Source of the DNA: Negaprion brevirostris
Taxonomy: Eukaryota
Direction: 5' to 3'
Assembly: GCA_030324005.1 (NCBI GenBank)
Contig: JARDVH010000124.1
Span: 22,786,401 to 22,842,975 of the forward strand
DNA length: 56,575 bases
Part shown: positions 49,383-56,575 of the stretch, piece by piece
Numbering within the stretch: position 1 is the first letter of the stretch
Layout of the letters: every line of letters starts with the position of its first letter
Notes under the pieces: generated by a model
What the model was told of the DNA's origin: nothing
What the model saw: only the letters and a program-made list of their open reading frames with translations
Database searches by the model: none
Program-made: the position numbers and the translations under genes

Positions 49383-49694
49383 TCAACCACCAAAACCATA
49401 GAGGTTTCATCGTTGACATTTCAGGGTGTACACAACATTCATGACAGTAACAATCTTGTGTTTGGCATGTTCGGTGTAGGTGATCAAGTCCCGAATGATA
49501 TCCTCCAAGAAAACCTTCAGGACTCCACAGGTTTCTTCATAGATGAGGCCTGAGACGAGCTTAATGCCCCCACGCCGAGCGAGTCGACGGATAGCAGGCA
49601 TAGTTATTCCCTGGATATTATCGCGGAGAATTTTCCGGTGCCAGTTAGCACCACCCTTCCCAAGACCTCTCCCACCTATACCTCCATCAGACAT
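49383..49694 (-). pseudogene. H4: Histone H4 pseudogene (full-length 312-nt frame, premature stop)
   Basis: [57 protein letters not shown]. Exactly H4 length, with many substitutions at invariant residues and TGA at 49409-49407. Confidence 0.95.
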
Positions 49695-50341
49695 CCCACT
49701 CTGACAGCAAGTTCAATAGTAGATAGGTAGGAAATTAAGTTGTGAGGAGGATACAACCAGTCTGCAAAGGGATATAGGTAGGTGAAGTGAGTGGACAAAA
49801 ATTTAGCAGAAGGTATATAATATCAAAAGATGTGAAGTTGTTTTATAAGAATAGAAATGCAAAATACTGTTTAAACATTAAAAAAACCCAGAATGCTGCA
49901 ATTCTACAATGATCTGGATGTGCTTGTATACGAATCACAAAAAGTCAGCATGCAGGGACAGTAAGTGATCAGAAAAGCATTGGAATGTTAGATTTATATT
50001 ACTTGGGGGATGGAGTATGAAAGTAGCAAGGTGTTGCTACAACGTACAGGCAATTTTGAGACCACATGTAAAACACTGTGTAGTTTTAGTGGATTCAAGG
50101 GGGGACCAAAAGACGTAAGAACAGAATTAAGCCATTCGGCCTCTCAAGTCAGCTCCACCATTCAATGAGATCATGACTGATCTGATGTTATCATCCTCAG
50201 CTCCACTTTCCTGCCTTATCCCATAACCCTTGATTCCCTTACTGATTAAAAATCTGCTCGGATATTTGCTTTAGAAGCAGCTGAAAGATGATTCACTAGG
50301 TTGATTCCTAGCAAGAGAGAAGGCTGAGCAAGTTGAGCCTA

Positions 50342-50426
50342 ATACAAAGTCTCACAACACCAGGTTGAAGTCCAACAGGGTTATTTGGAATCACAAGCTT
50401 TCAGAGCGTTGTTCCTTCCTTAGGTG
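50342..50426 (-). mobile_element. Penelope-like terminal fragment with degenerate hammerhead motif, inserted in CR1
   Basis: Minus strand CAC-CTAAGGA-AGGAACAACGCTCT-GAAA-GCTT-GTG..AATAACCCTGTTGGACTTCAACCTGGTGTTGTGAGAC; homologous to 19707-19800; TGAGCCTA on both sides. Confidence 0.6.
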
Positions 50427-51359
50427 AGCCTATCCTCATTGGTATTTGAAGGATTTCCCTTCGCGAGAAAAATGTAGAACTGGGGACACAATTTGAAAAT
50501 AAGGTGAGGATTCTTTTTCTCTCAGAGGCATTTTAGCGGTTTGAATACTCTTCTCCAGCAAGTGGAGGAGGTTAGCTCATTAATATATTCCAATTCCATG
50601 TCAGACAGATATTTGATTGCCAAGGGAGTCAAGGGTTATGGCAGAGGTAGGCAATAACGTGGAGTTCAGGCCACAATCAGATCAGCTATGATGTTATTGA
50701 ATGGCAGAGCAAACTCATGGAGGCCAAATGGTCTGTTCCTACTTGTTCATTATTCCTCTAAAACTAACAGCAGCATCTGGAGTCTGCATGCAGGCAGTTA
50801 AATGCTGAAACATAAGTTGCCGTCAGCGATCCTATGTTTCTCCATAGGATACGTCAGGAAAACCGCCTGACTGCAAACAAGCAGAAATTACCGAACTGGT
50901 AAGAACATGCCCTTTACTCTTCTAGTCTTGAAAAGTTACTCCTTGTTCAATGAGACACAACTGGATTTTGTACAAAGTTCATAATTAATGCTGAATTGTG
51001 TTGCTGCCCCGGAACTTCTTTAGGAAAGTAGTATTTACCACGGTGTGTTTATTTATTACATGCATGCAGTGTTGCCACTGGTGGGTAAAGTTTGCCAAGA
51101 GGAGAAAATACACCCAAGATATATTTGAGGAATATCAAACTTCATTTAAGAAACATATATTTTACAATATGTCCCTATCACTTACTTCATGTTCTGTAAA
51201 TTTTACCAAGAATGAAAATTCAACGCATTTTACTTCCAGTTTTCTATCTGGTAGAATATTATAATTTGGTTTCCCCCTAATGAAATATCCATGCCTGAAT
51301 ATATTTTCTACCACTTCCCCATCATGGGCACCATACATCATGAGGGTCATGTGGCACAT

Positions 51360-53990
51360 ACCTTGACCTGACCCACTACTCCTCTGGTATTTTCTCCTCC
51401 TTTCAGTATGTCACCTCGTTCCACCCCCCTCAATCAAAAAATGTTCTCTACTGCTCGCCCAAGTATGATAAAAAAAAAAGACCCTCTCTGAGATCTTTAC
51501 TGCGCTTCTCTCTCAGGCTGCAACAAACATTCTCCTCCTCAATGATTTCAATCTCCACCTCAACTCATCATGCACTCTTTCCTCTGAGTTCAGTGCCCTC
51601 CTCTCCTCCCTAAATCTCTTCCTTCAGGTAAATACCCCCACTCTTATTGAGGGTCACTCCACTGAATTTACCATCTTGTGTGATCTTGCTAAGCCCATTC
51701 TATCAACTGCAGATAGAACCACCCTTGATTGCTTCCCTGTATTACTCATCACCCACATCTCCCTTCCACATCCCAACACTTCTGTCTTATGTATTCATGC
51801 CTGAAAATAATATCCCCAATTCAATTACAAACACCCAACTATCTGGCCTTTGGCCCTCTAATTACCACAACTTTTCTGCAATTCTGAATTTTCTCAACCA
51901 CATCCTTACTCCCTCCTTTGAAACTCCTGAACTTTATTAAAAAAACCCTCTCAGCTGTTTGCCTTGGCATGGCACTCATCTCTATTCCCTCAGGTTCAAA
52001 GGACACAGGTTTAAAAGGATTTGGCAGACAACCGCTTTAGTCATTCACTGCCAGATCTGGTTGGACCACATAAGCATTATCGGATTCTGCTCTAGTCTGC
52101 TAAAGTTGTTCACTATTCCATGATCATCCACAGATACCAAGAAAACCACCAGCATCTTTTCTTTACTGCAACCCATCTTCTTAAATCCTTCTCTTCCATT
52201 CTCACTTCCAACAATGTGTGCAACGTGTTCTCGGATTTCTTCCCAGCCCCAGCAAAGATCGAGATGATTCAATCAGGTGCTCCACCAGGTCCATTCCATC
52301 CACTATCTCACTGGACCACCCATTCCATCCAGTATCTCACTGGACTATCCATTCCATCCACGATCTCATTGGGTCACATTCCTCTGAACTTCTAGGCGGT
52401 CCTGGCTCTGAACTTGAATCTTTCTCTAGTTTCTCTCCCATCTCCCCTCATTCCTTCTTGGACTTCATCTCGTTTCCTCAATCCTATTCTCCCTTTTGGT
52501 CCCCATGTCAATAGTTCTGTTTTCAGGTGTTGGCCCTCTCTCTTTTAAATCTGCTGTCATCATCGCTTAATTTGTCAAAATCCAGTCCTTCACCCCACTA
52601 TCCTTGCAAACCACTGACCAATCTCCTACCACTCCTTCCTCCCCAAAGTCGTTGAATTTTATGTTGTTATGTTAATCGTAAAGAATCAGGAACCAATTAT
52701 TGCACAAACATACATCAGAGGTGCCACATTTTACCACTGCACTGCAGTCAGATATCAAGCAACAATGTACCAGTCCACCTGCCTGTAAAAGTACATTCAA
52801 TGAAGCACAAAAGCATGATTATTTTGAATATCTGGGAACAAAAGAATATTAAATATGTTGTACCTCCCAAATTCACCCCTCTCTTTCCTGGAACTCCATG
52901 TTTGAATCCCCCCACCCCCAAGCAACAGTCTGACAATGCTCCTGATCATAATTATAAATGACATCCTATATGACTATTTCAATAATAAACTATCCTTCCT
53001 TGCCCTTCTCAATCTGTCTGCAGCCTTTGACATTCTTAACCACACCACTTTCCTCCAACACCTCTCCACTGCCATTCATCTGATGGGATTGCTCCCATAT
53101 TGTCCATTCTAAGCTAATTATTCATAATCGCAGCATCATATGCTGTGGCATCTCTTCCCACTTTTACACCACTGCCTCTAATGTCTCCCAAGGATCTAGC
53201 CTAAGTCCATTCCTACATATTACCCTCGGTGACATAATCCAGAAGTCAGGTCAGTTTTCACATCCACGCTGATGACAATACCCAGCTCTACCTCATCGCC
53301 AACTCTCTCAACTCATCCTGAATTATCAGACTGCTTAGCCAACATCCAAAAATGGAAAAGCAGAAATTTCCTCTGATTAAATATTGGGAATACTGAAACC
53401 ATTGCTTTCTGTCCCCTCTCCAAACTCCACTCCCTGAACTACAGACTCCATACTGTTCCCTCTCTCCTTTAAATCTATCCTGTGGAGAGCGGTCCAAGAT
53501 TAAATCAGTCGGTTCGCAAACGTAGTGCTACATTCTGCCTTCATATTCACACTAAAACAACCTAATCCCACTTTCACCCTGTCTCATCTCATTTGCTGTA
53601 AAATCCTTATTCATACTCTTGTTATCTGTAAACTGGATCATTCCAATATACACTTGGCTGCTCTCCCACGTTCTACTCCATAAGCTTGAGGTCATTCANN
53701 NNNNNNNNNNNNNNNNNNNNNNNNNNNNNNNNNNNNNNNNNTATTACCCTTGTGCTCACCAACTTAATGTAAGCTTTTCTGTTACTTAAGTTGCTATTTA
53801 TTTAAACTTTATTGTTGTTTTCAAGTTCCTTTATAGCCTTGCTCTCATTATCTCTATAATCACCAGCCCCACAGCTATCCAAGATATCTGTTCTCCTGAA
53901 ATTCTGGCTTCTTAGTCATCCTCGATCTTAAATCCCTTCACATTTGCTGCTTCGTTTGCAGCCATCAAGGACCTACACTCCGGAGTTGCC
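51360..53990 (+). mobile_element. Decayed L2-clade LINE
   Basis: C/T-rich strand. CTTCTCAATCTGTCTGCAGCCTTTGAC (LLDLSAAFD-like), GTCTCCCAAGGATCT (VPQGS-like), CACGCTGATGAC..CCCAGCTCTACCTC (YADDTQLY-like). Confidence 0.85.
52291..52377 (+). repeat. 29-bp minisatellite, 3 copies
   Basis: CCATTCCATCCA(C/G)(T/G)ATCTCA(C/T)TGG.. units start at 52291, 52320 and 52349. Confidence 0.85.
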
Positions 53991-54009
53991 TCCAGTATAA
54001 ATGGATGTG

Positions 54010-54492
54010 TTACATGTTTACACCTCGCTCACCTGGATAAGCGAGACTTTGACAACACCCAAGAAGCTCGAACTAACCCAGCACGAAGCAGCCCACATGA
54101 TGGATACACCTTAAACATCCACCCTGTCCATTCCACCCATTCACAACGGCAACATGGTGTGCCATAAACAAGATGCACTGCAGCAACACTGAGCTTCCTT
54201 CAACAGCAGCTTCTAAAGCACCTCGGCCACTTAGGACTAGGGTAGCAGACCCAGGGGAATGCCACCACGATCAACTTCTCCTCCAAGCCACACCACAATG
54301 TCTTGGAACTGCCATTTCTTTATTGTCGCTGTATCAAAATCTTGTAATCCCATTCCCAATAGGGAATGTGTCTACACCAGATGAACTGCAGCGGTTCAAC
54401 AAGGTGGTTCACCACCACCTTCAAGGACAATTGGGGGGTGGGCAACAAACACTGGCCTTGCCAGTGCCACCCATATCCCACAAAATAATACA
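54010..54492 (+). mobile_element. RTE/RTEX-like LINE 3' end
   Basis: AAGATGCACTGCAGCAAC..GAACTGCAGCGGTTCAACAAGG..CACCACCACCTTCAAGG..GGGCAACAAACACTGGCCTTGCCAG. Confidence 0.65.
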
Positions 54493-56099
54493 ACTTTTTA
54501 AAACTCACATTCCTTCTTGAAGTCACTCCTTAAACCCACTCGAAATGACAAATAAGTTAAATGTTTCCCACCACATTCAATGCAGTAAACAATGAGCACA
54601 ATTTGTCAACCTTGTGGTTCTAACTTAACTGATAGCCCAGCTCTCTGCAGCATGTGTCAAATGCTGTTTTAGAATGTTGCTGTGAGGCATCTTGCAATGA
54701 TGCGGTGCCTTAACGGCACTCTGCAAATTGTTGTTGTTGATTGGCTGCCTAATTTGCTGGATGACATTGCTATTTCTGGATGCCCAGAGATCCCCCTTGA
54801 CTAGGTGCCACTAAATTCAGATGGACATTCAGAAAGGGGAAACCCACACCAAAGGAATTGCTGGATCCTTGTGGCCAGTCTACTCTAAGGTCAGCAGCAA
54901 ATGATGACATGTTCCGGGGGACCCTGGGCTACCCTTTAAGTTAACTCAAGGTTGACAAATTGTCTACTGTTTTGGTTGCACCAGAAATATGTAAATATAT
55001 TTATTTGTTATTTCTAACATTCTCTGCACTTGCAAGGAACAGATTTTAAACATCCCAACCATGAGATTTTCAATTCCCCACAAGAATCAACCTCCAGCTA
55101 AAGAACATAAAGTGTGTGAATGTGTGAACTAAGGCCTAATGAATCAACGCTGTATGTACGAGCTTTTCAACTTTCCCGCTGATCCACTTATAATACTGAG
55201 CCCAGTCCCGTTCAGCAGCATTGCAATTCAAAAGCTGAACTGTAGTGTTAGGGTCGATGCTTATAAGGCCAGTTTGAACGCCTTGTAGCCATCGCTTACC
55301 AATGGCAACATGCAATACAATAAAACATAGGTTGAAGAGATTTGCTGCTCCATCATTGGATTAGCTTCAGGTGATCAAATGAATTAATTTCTGCCTGGTT
55401 GTTTTAATTTGCCCAGCAGAAAACTACCACATCTTTCTCTGAAAGCTCATTAATAAGCCTCAATATGCAAATAAACCAAATTTACTCTCTTTTGGGAGGT
55501 GCAAAATATAGATGCATATAAACTATTTGAAGTTCTACTAACTTAACACTATGGTTACTAGCTATATAGGTTCTGAATCCAGATTTAGTTCTACTTTCAA
55601 GCCTGTCTCTCCCCAAACCCCCCCACCGACAATTCCGTGAGTTCCTTTATCTTGAAAAATCACTTTCCATGGCAAACAGGTTAGGTTTTAATTGTAATTA
55701 ACCCAAGTTTGTTTGATTTGCATTTACTTCAGGGTTGTTTCCACAAATACTCAATCAGACTTCCCATTTATTTTACATTTAACACTTTAATCTCCAACCT
55801 AAATCTTGTATTCCTAAAACTAAACATTGTGCTATAATGAACTGTGACAGGGCTCCCCATACGGGTTTCTGCAGAACCCTGCAATTTCACAGGAGACATC
55901 CTGGATTCCATGACAGGTCAGACCAGGTTAAATTCAACAAAAGATATCATTCCAGCTTGTCCAGAGCTGGAGGCAGAGCTCAACCTATGCCAGCTACTGA
56001 GAGGCACGACTCAGTCAATGCACTGAGAAGCCAACATTTGATTGGACGAGCTGGAAATTGCGACGAAGTGGGCATTCAAAGTCCCAGGCAATGTGGACA

Positions 56100-56575
56100 G
56101 TGAGAACACACGCCCGTGCGAAGGAGCCAGGGAGCAAGAGCGTGTGCAAACGAGGGTACCAGAGAGCATGAGCATGAGAGAGAACACAAGCGCAAGAGAC
56201 AACGAGTGCAAGTCAGAGCATGAATGCGTGTGTGTGCGTGAGAGAGTGTGAGAGAGAGAGAGAGCACGCACATGCGTGTGAGCCAGAGAGATCTGTGTGA
56301 AGGACAGTGTGCATGCACTCAGGAGCCAGAGAGAGCGAGTGAGCATGCATGCACATACATGCATGCAAGAGAGAGCAAAAGGACACGCACGTGAGCATGC
56401 CAAAGAGAGTGCACACACACAAGAACCAGAGACAGAGATTGACTGAGCAGGTGCACGTGCACACAAGCCAGGGAGATCAAATGAGCAGGCGCATGCATGA
56501 GTGAGACAGAGAGTGAGACAGAGAGTGAGACAGAGAGTGAGACAGAGAGTGAGACAGAGAGTGAGACAGAGAGTG
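56100..56575 (+). repeat. Low-complexity GA/GCAC tract ending in a 12-bp tandem repeat (GTGAGACAGAGA)n
   Basis: About 6 perfect copies from 56501 to the window end, preceded by degenerate GAGA/GCAT/GCAC repeats. Confidence 0.9.

Larger units (their letters stand above)
47505..50755 (+). mobile_element. Decayed CR1 LINE (endonuclease end to 3' tail) with several nested insertions
   Basis: GTCATGGGTGACTTGAAT (GDFN-like), ADWKTANATLFKKG, CSTNLLEFFEEVT, CAGGGAACAGTGCTAAGGCC (PQGSVLGP-like), tail GATCAGCTATGATGTTATTGAATGGCAGAGC. Confidence 0.88.

Noticed and set aside
49407-49694. Functional H4 variant of 95 aa
   Set aside because: Premature stop upstream of an in-frame LYGFGG*, many substitutions at invariant residues, no promoter or stem-loop, and embedded in a LINE.
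52291-52377. CRISPR-like array
   Set aside because: Head-to-tail 29-bp units without unique spacers, in eukaryotic DNA inside an L2 element.
56011-56466. Cys/Ser/Leu-rich ORFs
   Set aside because: Low-complexity microsatellite translation.

Overview
Vertebrate, very probably elasmobranch (shark), genomic DNA, judged from HE1/V-SINEs, SacSINE1-like DeuSINEs and CR1/L2/RTE LINEs. The main feature is the 3' half of tcf7l2 on the minus strand. It covers exons 7-12, both C-clamp exons (CRARF, CRALF), the 25-nt exon 16, the dual-frame last exon and a ~1.5-kb 3'UTR ending at a polyA site near 22291-22319 (mammalian 17-exon numbering). Exon 6 and upstream exons are not in the window, and no exon-13 equivalent was found. 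The intron upstream of exon 7 (40250-56575) is TE-rich and holds a CR1 LINE with a full-length histone H4 pseudogene inserted in it. Downstream of the gene (1-22 kb) are SINEs, CR1 fragments and an internally deleted Gypsy-like LTR element. The same region holds an old, apparently intronless UACA-like (ankyrin/coiled-coil) pseudogene broken up by TEs over ~11 kb, which the ORF track does not show. I found no evidence of a wholly new biological system. The best leads are the UACA-like retrocopy, lineage-specific tcf7l2 C-terminal splice outcomes, and decayed hammerhead-ribozyme motifs in Penelope-like fragments. All comparisons to human proteins and repeat consensuses are from memory, not database searches.
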